From Catajapyx aquilonaris (taxonomy: Eukaryota): DNA of 64,000 nucleotides. The translations under genes and the position numbers were made by a program. The stretch covers positions 1 through 64,000 of the forward strand of contig JYFJ02001691.1 of the NCBI GenBank assembly GCA_000934665.2, given 5' to 3'. Positions 52,050 through 63,689 of the stretch are shown here, piece by piece. The notes beneath the pieces are model-generated. The model saw nothing but the letters and a program-made list of their open reading frames with translations, was not told the origin of the DNA and did no database searches. The first letter of the stretch is position 1. Every line of letters starts with the position of its first letter.

Positions 52050-52444
52050 TATAGTTCATAGTGATAGATATACATGGGTTAGCACCGTTACCATTATTGA
52101 AGAGTTCAGTTATTTTTAAATACAATGGGTGGAATTTTTGTCCCACTGGTAGTACTGCTAACTTAGCAGTACCAGTGTTGCCAATGGTCCTGCTAAGTTA
52201 GCAGTAACCAGCAGTGAGTCGAAAATTCAATCCAATATATTTAAGAGTAGCCTACTATTAGACAGAAAATTTTACAATGAAATTTTAAATTCATTTTAGT
52301 GAAAGTGTATCGTCAATAAAATTATTTACAATGGTAAAGAAAATTGTTTACAATGGCGAATAAAATTATTTACGATGGTAGATTAATATTGTTTATAGCG
52401 CTAAAAATGGTTTACAATGGTAGGTTAAATTAAGTTATTTACAA

Positions 52445-53402
52445 CTAGCTGCGGCACCCGGCGTTGCCCGGGAAGAAATGAATGAAGGGAAAGCACCTGC
52501 CAGTACCCCCGTCAACTGTCTGTCTTTCTATGTGTCCGCCCACCAATGCCATCTGTGGTCCTGCTACTCCAATACCTTCAACCTCTCCCGCCTGTATAAC
52601 GGCAACCGTCATTTGCCTGCCATCTGTAGTGAACCCCCAACACCTCCATCACACGAGATTACTGCCGTCAGATATGAGAAGACCGTAACTCAATGTCCAC
52701 TTCCCCTTGCGGCGAGAAAAAAAAGTAGTGGTACCAAAAGCATCCACGAAGTCGCGTTAGGGTTCCGTTCCTTTTTCCCCCTTCCCGCTTGGATGCTTTC
52801 GGTAACACTTGCTTTCTTTTCTCGCCGCAAGGGAAGTTGATATTGAGTTACGGTATTCTCATGTCTGACGGCAGCTTACACGAGAATAGTCATATTACCT
52901 TGTGATTACACAAGATTACCTTGTGATTACACAATACTACCTTGTGATTACACAAGACTACATTGTGATTACACAAGATTACCTTGTGATTACACATGAT
53001 TACCTTGTGATTACACAAGATTACCTTGTGATTACACACGATTACCCAGATTACATTATGATTACTCACATTATATTACTAGCTGCGGCACCCGGCGCGG
53101 CGTTGCCCGGGAAGAAATGAATGAAGTGAAAACACCTGCCAGTACCCCCGTCAACTGTCTGTCTTTCTGTGTGTCCGGCCACCAATGCCATCTGTGGTCC
53201 TGCTACTCCAACACCTTGAACCTCTCCCGCCTGTATAACGGCAACCGTCATTTGCCTGCCATCTGTAGTCAACCCCCAACACCTCCATCCTCTCCTGGCC
53301 TGGGGGTGGAGCACAGATGGCAGGCAAATGACGGTTGGCAGGCGGACAGACAGACAGACAGACAGAGACAGACAGACTCACAAACGGCTTTATTTATATA
53401 GA
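52445..53402 (-). mobile_element. Composite Helitron with two 3' ends and a captured segment
   Basis: Full Helitron (53079-53402) + copy of 41595-42093 (52651-53078) + Helitron 3' part (52445-52650). Outer ends TC...CTAG at an A|T site. Confidence 0.85.
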
Positions 53403-53976
53403 TTGTTCACATTGTAAATATTCTAATGGTCCAGCGTCCAGGCTTATAGCCCTCTCTGTAATTACGGGTCTAATAATAATAGAGTGCTCCAAAATGGCGG
53501 GTGCTGAAAGACACTACAATAGATAAAAAGAAATCTACTCTTTAGAAAGACATAACACAATTATGGCAGGGGGAAAAAAACAGCTCAATCCACCCCCTTA
53601 CCCTCTTTTCCCTTTTTTTTGGAAAAAATAAACTTGTGTTACTTAGCCGAACTAAAGAACCCTTGGCGTCTTATCCTCTTGGTTCGAGTTCTTCGTTTGG
53701 GGGGGGGGAAAGAAGAATTTTTTGTTTTATTTCCTCCTTCCGAGCCGATTCTCTCCACGGAAACTTGGTAATGAGTTCCCAACCGAGCAAACAAAGGGGG
53801 CGAAGAAGAGGCCTAGAGGCAACCACGTCCATAGTATAGTCTCTTCAGAAAATTCGGGACAGACCAACTGGACATCATGGACACATTCTATATAGGTTCA
53901 ATATAATTATGGTAGCAGAGCGTGGTTGAGTCAGCGTTTTTGTTAGTAGCTTCTGGGAGTTGATCTCAGGTCATCA

Positions 53977-54809
53977 CAAGGGGTTACCGACTATCTTAAT
54001 AAGTGTACTATGGGGCTCATATTGTTTTGGCCACTTGCTTCAAGACCAGGATAAAGTGGCCAAAACAATTTTAGCCCCATAGTACACCATGATTACCCTA
54101 GATTACCTTATAATTATACTTTATTCCTTTATGATTATACTTCATTGCCTTATGAGAACACTTCATTACCTTATGAGAACACTTCATTACCTTATGAGAA
54201 CACTTCATTACCTTATGAGAACACTTCCTTACCTCATGATTACACTATATTACCCACATTACCTGATGATTACACTATATTACCTTATGATTACCTTATA
54301 ATTTATTACACTATATTACCTTATAATTTATTACACTATATTACCTTATGATTACACTATATTGCCCAAATTACCTTATAATTTATTACACTATATTACC
54401 TTATGATTACACTATATTACCCAGATTACCTTATAATTTATTACACTATATTACCTTATGATTACACTATATATTACCTTATGATTACACTATATTGCCC
54501 AGATTTCCTTATAATTTATTACACTATATTACCTTATGAATACCATTATTACTTTATGAATACCCATTATTACCCAAGATTACCTAATGATTACACTATA
54601 TTACCTTATGAATACCATTATTACCTTATGAATACCCATTATTACCCAAGATTACCTTATGATTACCCTGATAACCTTATGATTATCTAGAAAATATTAA
54701 GATTTTCTCTGATTAAGTGCTTGTGATTATTATGATTACCTATTATTTCTACATGATTACCAGGATTATCAAACGAAGTGTACACCAGATTGATAGTGGT
54801 AACTCCTCG
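53977..54809 (+). mobile_element. GATTAC-minisatellite MITE
   Basis: CAAGGGGTTACCGACT ... AGTGGTAACTCCTCG. Degenerate TSD GGTCATCA/GGTCCTCC. Confidence 0.85.
54008..54082. mobile_element. 75-bp palindromic mini-MITE, TA TSD
   Basis: CTATGGGGCT...TTGTTTTGGCCACTT / AAGTGGCCAAAACAA...AGCCCCATAG, inserted into the host GTGTA^CAC with TA duplicated. Confidence 0.85.
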
Positions 54810-54971
54810 GGTCCTCCACTGACCCCGTAAGGTCACTCAGGATCGTGGTAACAACTACCTGCCTGCAGTCAGGCCGTTACACGACTGACTGCAATGTCCA
54901 CGCCCAGCAGACGCCACGGCTATCTAGTGATTGGCGTCACAAGGTGTCAAAATAACCTGAAATGAACATAC

Positions 54972-55112
54972 CAAGGAGTTAACCACTTCGGTACTCCGGT
55001 GTACACGTGCAGTGGTACTCTCAGGTACTCCTTAGGTATCTTTGGTACTCCTTGGTACTCCTTGAATTTGGTACTCCATTGTACACTTTACAGTCGAGTG
55101 GTTAACCCCTTG
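54972..55112. mobile_element. P-like MITE with GGTACTCC internal repeats
   Basis: CAAGGAGTTAACCACT / AGTGGTTAACCCCTTG with GTGTACAC motifs. 8-bp TSD GAACATAC/GATCATAC (7/8). Confidence 0.85.
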
Positions 55113-55526
55113 GATCATACATTAGAAATCTTGAAATCACAGTCCAATCAAAATCTTTTTTCATCAGAAACCTTGCAATTGGAGGATGTGCCTTAGACCA
55201 TATATACCTCTTCTTCCAATTAGAAATAAAACTGGTTGTGCACCGGCAACAAGCCAGCAGACAATTTCATTAGCTGATGGGAACGGAGGGTGGAGAGTAG
55301 GAGAAAGATGAAAGAAACTCAGAGAATAGGGAGGTTACAGAAAGAAAGTTACAAGGAAAGGGGAGAAACTTGGCACAAAATGAGTCAAAATGTGCTAGGG
55401 GCTACTGGAAGGACCAAAATATTGTGAAGGGTGTATGCAACAATCCAGGTGGCGCCATCCGTTGACAGAAATATTGCCTGTCCCAAATAATTCGTGTTAT
55501 ATTGTGTATTTTAGACTTATATTATA

Positions 55527-55798
55527 CTAGCTGCGGCACCCGGCGTTGCCCGGGAAGAAATGAATGAAGGGAAAACACCTGCCAGTACCCCCGTCAACTG
55601 TCTGTCTTTCTGTGTGTCCGGCCACCAATGACATCTGTGGTCGTGCTACTCCAACACCTTCAACCTCTCCCGCCTGTATAACGGCAACCGTCATTTGCCT
55701 GCCATCTGTAGTCATCCCCCAACACCTCCATCCTCTCCCGGCCAGGGGGTGGAGCACAGATGGCAGGCAAATGACGGTTGGCAGGCGGACAGACAGAC

Positions 55799-55838
<40 letters not shown>

Positions 55839-55863
55839 TCACAAACTGCCTTATTTATATAGA
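55527..55863 (-). mobile_element. Helitron copy (full length, expanded (GACA)n)
   Basis: CTAG plus hairpin at 55527, 5' TC at 55863, A|T insertion. Confidence 0.9.
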
Positions 55864-55984
55864 TTTCTAGTCTAAAAAAGTCTTAAAGAACGGCTCTGTC
55901 CGTTTGTCTGTCTGTGGAGAGGTATCAGGGCCTAAACCGCAAGAGACAGGGAAATCGGTTTTCGGATTCGGATTCAGCGGAGCC

Positions 55985-57034
55985 CAAGGGGTTACCCACT
56001 CTGGTAATATGGTGTACACTTCGTTTGGTAATCATGTAGCAATCATAGGTAATCATGATGATAATCATAAGCACGTAAACATGGAAAATCTCAAGATAAT
56101 CATAAGATAATCTGGATGATAATAATAGGTAATCATAATGTAATCTGTGTAATAATGGGTAATCAGAAGGTAATTTGGGTAATCATTATTAATCATGCGG
56201 TCGGTAATAATGGGTAATCTAGGGGTAATCTGTGTAATAATGGGTAATCAGAAGGTAATTTGGGTAATCATTATTAATCATGCGGTCGGTAATAATGGGT
56301 AATCTAGGGGTAATCAGGGAAATAATAGGTATTCATAAGGTAAGATATGGTAATAATAATGCAATCTAGGGTAATCATACGGTCATCTAGTGTAATCACA
56401 ATGTAATCATGGGTAATCACAAGGTATGTAATCGTAGTCTAATCACAATGTAATCTACTGTAACCACACGGTAATCACAGGGTATTCTAGTGTAATCATA
56501 ATGTAATCTTGGGTAATCACAGTGTAATCGAGGGTAATCTAGGGTAATCACAGTGTAATCTAGGGTAATCTAGGGTAATCAGTGTAATCTATGGTAATCT
56601 AGGGTAATCACAGTGTAATCTATGGTAATCTAGGGTAATCTAATGTAATCTTGGGTAATCACAGTGTAATCTATGGTAATCTAGGGTAATCTAATGTAAT
56701 CTTGGGTAATCACAGTGTAATCTATGGTAATCTAGGGTAATCTAATGTAATCTTGGGTAATCAGTGTAATCTAGGGTAATCTAGGGTAATCACAATGTAA
56801 TCATGGGCAATCACAATGTAATCTAATGTAATCTTGGGTAATCACAGTGTAATCTAGGGTAATCTAAGGTAATCACAATGTAATCATGGGCAATCACAAT
56901 GTAATCTAATGTAATCATCATGTAATCTAGTGTAACCATACGGTAATCTAGTGTAATCACACGGTATTCTTGGGTAATCATAATGTAATCTAGGGTCATC
57001 ATGGTGTGCAGTTAGGAGAGTGGGTAACCCCTAG
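55985..57034 (-). mobile_element. GATTAC-minisatellite MITE with expanded ~1 kb array
   Basis: CAAGGGGTTACCCACTCTGG ... GAGAGTGGGTAACCCCTAG enclosing GTAATC repeats. Truncates a HINE-like fragment (55864-55984). Confidence 0.85.
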
Positions 57035-57624
57035 CCTTGTACAGTACTGTACCAGACACTCTTGTTGCTAAGTTAGTCATTATTACGACTCATGTGGCGC
57101 CATCTGTTGACAACACGCCACATTACAGTGGCAGTCCCGAATAATTCGCGTTTTATTGTGCCTTTTTCTTACTGGCAAGTCTTGTTGCTAAGTTAGCCAT
57201 TATTTCTACTCACGTAAAGCCAGGATTGGTCCACACAAAAAAAAAAAAATATCTAGACCCTTGAAGGCAATTGGTAGGGTCTGCCCTGAGGGCGACTCGA
57301 TTGGAGTTTGTTAAACCTGTGTTGGTACTACGTCTGTTGACACTCTCGTTCTCTCCATCCCAAAGATTTTCTCTCTCTTTCTCTATCTTGCTTTTTTCCC
57401 CAGCTTTTTCCTCCTGGAGGCTATTGGGCTTCGTCAGGCAGGACGCGTCCTAAACTATACGCCAGTGTTACGTTGCCGATCCCCACTGAGGAGCTACACG
57501 AGCTACTCCGTGATAAGAAAGGGGCCCTTTTGGGGGGTGAGGGGGAGAGGGGAAGTTACATTGTCAGTTATACCATTCGGTGGTATCCACAAATGTGGAA
57601 AAATATTTTGTGCCAGAAATATTT

Positions 57625-58328
57625 TTGTTCGGTTCGGTTCGGAAATTTCCGGGGGGAAAATCGGTAAGAAAAAGTTAGGTTAGGTTCGATTCGATAAAGT
57701 CCGATAATGTTTGGTTCGATTGGATTCGCAAAAGTTCTGTTGATTTCGGTTAGAATGGTTCGGTTCCGAAAATATTTGGGGGGGAAAAATCGGTAGGCCT
57801 AAGTCGGTTCTATTTGGAAGAGTTCGGATAAGTTCGGTCGGAATGGCCCGATTCGGAAAATTTCGGGGGGGGGGGGGGGGGGGAACGGGNNNNNNGGGGG
57901 GGGGGGGAACCGGTAAGAAAAAGTTCGGTTCGGTTCGGAAATGTTCGGAAATTTCGGAGAAAAAACAATCGGTAAGAAAAGATCGGTTCGATTCGATTCG
58001 GAAAAGTTCGGTAAGAATGGCCCGATTCGGTAAATTTCGGAGGGAGGATTGGTAATGAAAAGTTCGGTTCGGTTAGGTTCGATTCGGAAATGTTCAAAAA
58101 TGTTCGGTTAGATAAAATTCGGGAAAAAATCGGTAAGAAAAGATCGGTTCGATTCGGAAAAGTTCGGTTAGAACGGCTCGATTCGGAAATTTCGGGGGAA
58201 AAATCGGTTCGATTCGATTCGGAAAAGTTCGATCGGTTCGATTCGACAAAGTTCGGTTAAGTTCGGTAAGGACAATTCTGTTCGGAAAAATTCGGTAGGA
58301 AAATTTTCGGTTAGGGTTATAGGACAGT

Positions 58329-58409
<81 letters not shown>

Positions 58410-58800
58410 TCATACCCCGTTATTAGCCGGCGGCTCTTTAGGGGGGATATTTTTGACTGGAACTCTTCGTTCCGTTTTTACTGCGCTTTTTGGGATATGA
58501 TAGGTAAGGAAGGAGGCGGCTGTGGCCTATTAGTTTAGGAAACAACTCCGGAATTCTCCTGGAGGAACCGTGGGAAACCACAGAAAACCACGGTTAGAGT
58601 TGCCGGCACCGGGATTCAAACCCAGGACCTCCCGATTAGCAGTCGGATACCATATCCCCTCCGCCACCACTGCTTCGGTTGGTTATAGGACAGTTCAGTT
58701 TGGTTCGGTTCAGTTCGGTAAAAATTCGGTAAGAAAAAGTTCGTTAGGATCGGTTCGATGAACCGAATCGAACCGATCCTAACGAACTTTTTCTTACTTT
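57625..58800. repeat. (TTCGG) minisatellite array containing an N gap
   Basis: GTTCGGTTCGATTCGGAAAA units, the reverse complement of the AACCG arrays. Confidence 0.85.
58330..58680 (-). mobile_element. SINE family A with long (TTA)n tail
   Basis: Family A head and body on the minus strand. 15-bp TSD GGTTATAGGACAGTT at 58315-58329 and 58681-58695. Confidence 0.9.
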
Positions 58801-58828
58801 CTTCTGAAAAATTAGCTACAAAAAATAT

Positions 58829-59339
58829 GGCTGTGCGATATTTCGATATATCGACTGTCGATGCGATATTTTCCTAATATCGAAGTTGCGGTATCCGACG
58901 CTTGGCATGTTCGATGTATCGAATATCGCGATTTTTCGATGTCGGTTTTCGATATTTTTCGATGTCGGTTTTCGTTTTTTTTCGATGTCGGTTTTCGGTT
59001 TTTTTTTCGATGTCGGTTCGATGTCGGTTTTCGGTTTTTTTCGATGTCGGTTCGATGTCGGTTTTAGGTTTTTTTCGATGTCGGTTTTCGATGTCGATTT
59101 TTCGATATTTCTCGAAGTCGGTTAGATGTCGGTTTTCTATATTTTTAATGTCGGTTTTCGGTTTTTTTGGGATGTCGGTTCGATGTCGGGTTTCGATATT
59201 TTTCGATGTCGGTTTTAGGTTTTTTTCGATGTCGGTTTTCGATGTCGATTTTCGATGTCGATTTTCGATATATCGACTTCGATTCGATATTGTAAAGTAT
59301 CGAAAGTCGATATGTAATTTCGGATATCGCACATCCCTG
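58829..59339 (-). mobile_element. hAT-like MITE with TCGAT internal minisatellite
   Basis: GGCTGTGCGATAT / ATATCGCACATCCCTG ends. Possible 8-bp TSD AAAAATAT at 58821-58828 and 59340-59347. Confidence 0.75.
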
Positions 59340-60084
59340 AAAAATATCGGTTCGGTTCGAAAAGGTTCGGTTAGGAATAGTTCGGTTCGGTAAGCCATCG
59401 ACGTCATTGTACCCGTAGGGTATACACGCCTGTCAGCACCCTATAGACACCATAGCTGGTCTATCCTCTACCCATTTTCCCATAGCGTCTGAGTCCACAA
59501 GGACTTCATCTCAGGAGCGTCGAAAAACATGGAATCGCAATCTATCTCTTTCATGCTCTGTAATCAAGAACACTTTCTTCTCCTTTTCTCTCTGCGTCAT
59601 TCCGATTTGGTTGGGAAATACCCAATGAAAATCCCTGTTTTTGGCACTGTCTAGGATAGTAGGGGGAAGGAGGGAGAAGGAGGACGTAGGGAATGCCCAT
59701 CCACCATAAATCAAAGTTTGTCCTCGAAGCTACTAGAGTGTCGTCAAATTTGGCTTCGTTCTCCTTGCTTACCTCTGCGAAACTTCATGTCCTAAGTGCA
59801 TTATCCTTCTTTTTTCTCTCTATAAGATACCAAAAAGAAAGAAGTACACTAGAGACTTCTTGCGAGCGTCAATGAAAGCTTTCTTTTTACTCCTTTTCGA
59901 CACAATTTTTGGACATTCCCATGGGTTTGGAACCCCTTTTCTTCTGATGGATTGGGCTATTGACAGCCACTCTGCTTCTGTCCAATTTATTCGGTGTTAA
60001 GTTGACAACAATGGTGACATTATTTGTGGTGGAAGCGATGTGAGTCAATTTACTATTTTGTTAAACTAGAAAATGGCTTCTAGA

Positions 60085-61460
60085 TCGGGTTTGAGCCTGT
60101 TTTATCAATTTTGATCAATTTTGATCAGTTTCAGCGCATTTTTGCCCACATTGTCGATTTTATCAATGTTATAGTCCTTTTTATATATTTTATTGGGTTT
60201 GAGCCTGTTTATCGATTTTGATAAATTTTGATCAATTTCAGCGCATTTTTGCCCTTCTTAGTCGATTTTTATCAATGTTACATCGATTTTATTGGGCTTT
60301 TCGGATTTTACCAGATTTTATCGTGTATTGTTGATTCTTAGCATATTATCTGCATCTATTGTATCTATTTAAAGTCCGTATGTAGTCCAATATTAAGGTA
60401 ATCGATATTAAATATGATAACAATCGACACATCTAAACTAATAAAAATGATCACATTCGATATTAAATCGATGTACTCAGATATAAGAATCTACACTACA
60501 TCGAAGAAAGATGATAATAATCGATACAAAATTAATAAAAATTATCAGAATGTAATCTGATAACAAGTAATTTATAGTAGATAAATTCATCCTTACATCG
60601 ATTTGATATCGATTTTGATCATTTCGTTCGTTTCGTATCGACTGCTTTCATATTGCGGCGATTTAGTATGGCTTCATATAGGACTACAGCGATGTAATAT
60701 AAATTCTGAACATATTTTATCAAATTATATCGATTACTATTACATATCATCGATTTAATATCGGTATTGTCAGATTAAATAGATGTACGGTTCCGAACAC
60801 ATTTTATCCCATTACTATCGATTCCTAATATATTTTATCCAATTAACATCGATTTTTATTGTATTTTATCGATTACTAGCGATCGTTGTTGTATGGTATT
60901 GATTAATATCGATCGTTGTTGTATGTTGTCGATTAATATTGATGGCTTTCATATGGCATGAATAATATCGATTGTTAACAGATGGTATCGATTGTTAACA
61001 TATTGTATCGATATAATATCAATTGTTTACAGATCGTATCGATTGTTAACATATTGTGTCGATATAATATCGATTGTTAACATATTGTGTCGATATAATA
61101 TCGATTGTTAACATATTGTGTCGATATAATATCGATTGTTAACAGATGGTATCGATTAACATATTGTGTCGATATAATATCGATTGCTAACAGGTGGTAT
61201 CGATTAACATATTGTGTCGATATAATATCGATTGTTAACAGATGGTATCGATTGTTAACAGATGGTATCGATTGTTAACAGATGGTATCGATTGTTAACA
61301 TATTGTATCGATATAATATATATTGTTAACAGACGGTATCGATATAATATCGCTCTTTGTTGTTTTCCTAGATGTAATATCGATTCTATCGGATATTTTC
61401 AGTCTCATCGATATCCTACCCATTTCCTATCAATTGCTGTCAATTTTTATGGATTTTAAT
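60085..61460. repeat. ATCGAT-rich degenerate array
   Basis: TATCGATTGTTAACA(G/T)AT units, homogeneous at ~60965-61350. Confidence 0.85.
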
Positions 61461-61859
61461 AATAAAGAATGTTCTAGTTGCCTCAGTATTGAACAGATGG
61501 CCTGGAATATCTGGGAAATGTAACGGACCAGGGGCCAAGGCGGGACTTACGGGTAGCCATGACAATTTCACCTGCAGAGAGCTTGGCTTCCTCGAGGGCT
61601 GTTTGCCCTCTGCCTGTCTCCTTCTGGAAACCCATCGTCTGATTCCTTTCTTTGGCCTCAGGGCTCCACGCGACCATCCGCGTAAGGAGGGGGAAGGCGG
61701 AGGAATAGGGAGTGGGGGGGGGGGTAAGGAGGGGGGAAAAGGACTATAATTTCTCAACGTTGTGATAAAAATGAGGAAACTTTTCTGACAAGGTTTCGAC
61801 TCCTGGCAAGTAGGAAGTAGTTTCATGGCCTTATGTGCCCATAAGAAATATTTTTTTGA

Positions 61860-62780
61860 ATGATACTCAAAATTTGATTGATATTTTTGGCATTTGGGTG
61901 ACATTTGATTGATTTTTATTAGTATTTTAGACTGATATTTTGCTGATTGATTTTTGGCATTTCATAGGCATTTGTTTGAGTTGTGATTGATGCGTTTAAT
62001 TTTTTGATTGGCATTTGTTTGATTTGTAATAATTGATGTTTAATTTTTGATTCAGCTGTAATTGACGTTTCATTAACATTTGATTGATATTTTTGATTGG
62101 TTTTTGATCGATTTGATTGGTCTTTTTAATGATATTATGGATTGATTTTTTTGATTGGCATGATTGATTTGTTATTGATGTTTAATGTATTTTGACGATT
62201 GAGTTGTGATTGACAACTCACAACTCAATCATCAAAATATACTAATAAATATATTTAAGTATAAATATTTATATATAAATACTAGAAAAACCCTCGCTTC
62301 GCTCACATTTTTCTATGACGCTTCCCTCGCTTTTTCTAGGCCTGCGGCCTCCGGTGTAGGCCATGTTGTTAATGATGCTCATCCAACCATTATCCGCATC
62401 ATACTCCCCTCCCTCCCTCCTCCCTCCTTATATGAACCCTTTTGATTGATTTGTGATTGTTGCTTATTATATTTCCGCTCAAGTTCTGATTGACATTTGA
62501 TTGGCAGTTGAGTGATATTTGACTGAAATTTTTGGCTGAAATTTTTGACTGATGTAATATATCAGTCAAAAATTTCAGTCAAAAATTTCAGTCAAAAATA
62601 TTTCAGTCCAATAATATTTGACTGAAATTTTTGACTGATATATTTGACTGAAATTTTTTGACTGAAATTTTTGACTGATATATTTTACTGATATATTTGA
62701 CTGATATATTTGACTGATATTTTTAGAATGATAATTTGTTGCCATTTTTGATTGATTTGATTGAATTTGATTGATATTAA
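61860..62780. repeat. TTGAT / TTGACTGA low-complexity arrays with local inversion
   Basis: TTTGACTGA(A/T)A units, with inverted TCAGTCAAAAA units at ~62560-62610. Confidence 0.8.
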
Positions 62781-63689
62781 GGATTTACACTTGGGAGAAC
62801 CTTGCTTAATATATAAGAAGACAATGAATATGTTTAGTTCAGAATTAAGTTTTAACTTATTTATAAATCAAGACCCAAAGTTTTTGAGTGCAATGATTAG
62901 AGCCTATACTTCATCAATATGATCTAAGGTGCCTCAAGATTACTTTTTTTCCCAAGATAAGACCGAAGTTAGGCTCGGAGAAAAGCCAGGCAAAAGTTTC
63001 GCCTTTTTCACGAGACGTGAATGTGCAAATGGGTTCTACTTTTTTTTTTTTGCGAACAAAAATCCCCCTAGCACCATATAACTCTAATCGAACTCATCGA
63101 CCTGGCCTAGTAATTATGACATGACATCTAACTCCCACTAGATGGCGGGCAAAAAAAAAATTCGGCGATGGAAGCCCAAACGACAATGCAAAACAGATAA
63201 CGATGGAGGCTATCCGCATAAATTTGCAGGGCATCCGAGGGGAAAGTGTCGTCCAAAAAATAATGAAACAATGCAATCATTCACTATGTCCCTTCATAGA
63301 GCTAGAATCGATTGTTGTGTTTACGAAGGAAAAAAAAACTATGAATTTTTAAAGATCTACATGTATGGCCATGTAGACTTTTCGCTAATTAGGCTGAAAA
63401 TCTTTATTAATCATTAATAATATGTGCTAGATTTTCTAATTGGAACACATAATCATATGTACTTAACACATTGCATATAAGTGCATAGTATGATGCAGTT
63501 CAATTGATTTAAAATGTATAAGTTCATTTTAACTCATTATTTCAACGCCATTGTTGTCGTAAAAGTTACAACAACAATGGTAGTAAAAGTAATGTCCATA
63601 TTATTTTGTAATATAAAGATTTTAATGTACGTTTAAAATGTATAGATTTTAATACCTTGAAAATGCAACAGGTAACAATGTCGCATTTA

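Noticed and set aside
57860..57910. Long G/C homopolymers with Ns (also ~9126, ~40637) as G-quadruplex or functional elements
   Set aside because: They coincide with assembly gaps, so length and continuity are unreliable.
592..63417. All ORFs in the supplied track
   Set aside because: All are 186 aa or shorter. Most translate micro/minisatellites or repeats (poly-I, poly-Y, MITLYY, RCRFDV, EPAWN), and I recognise no domain, transposase or RT motif.
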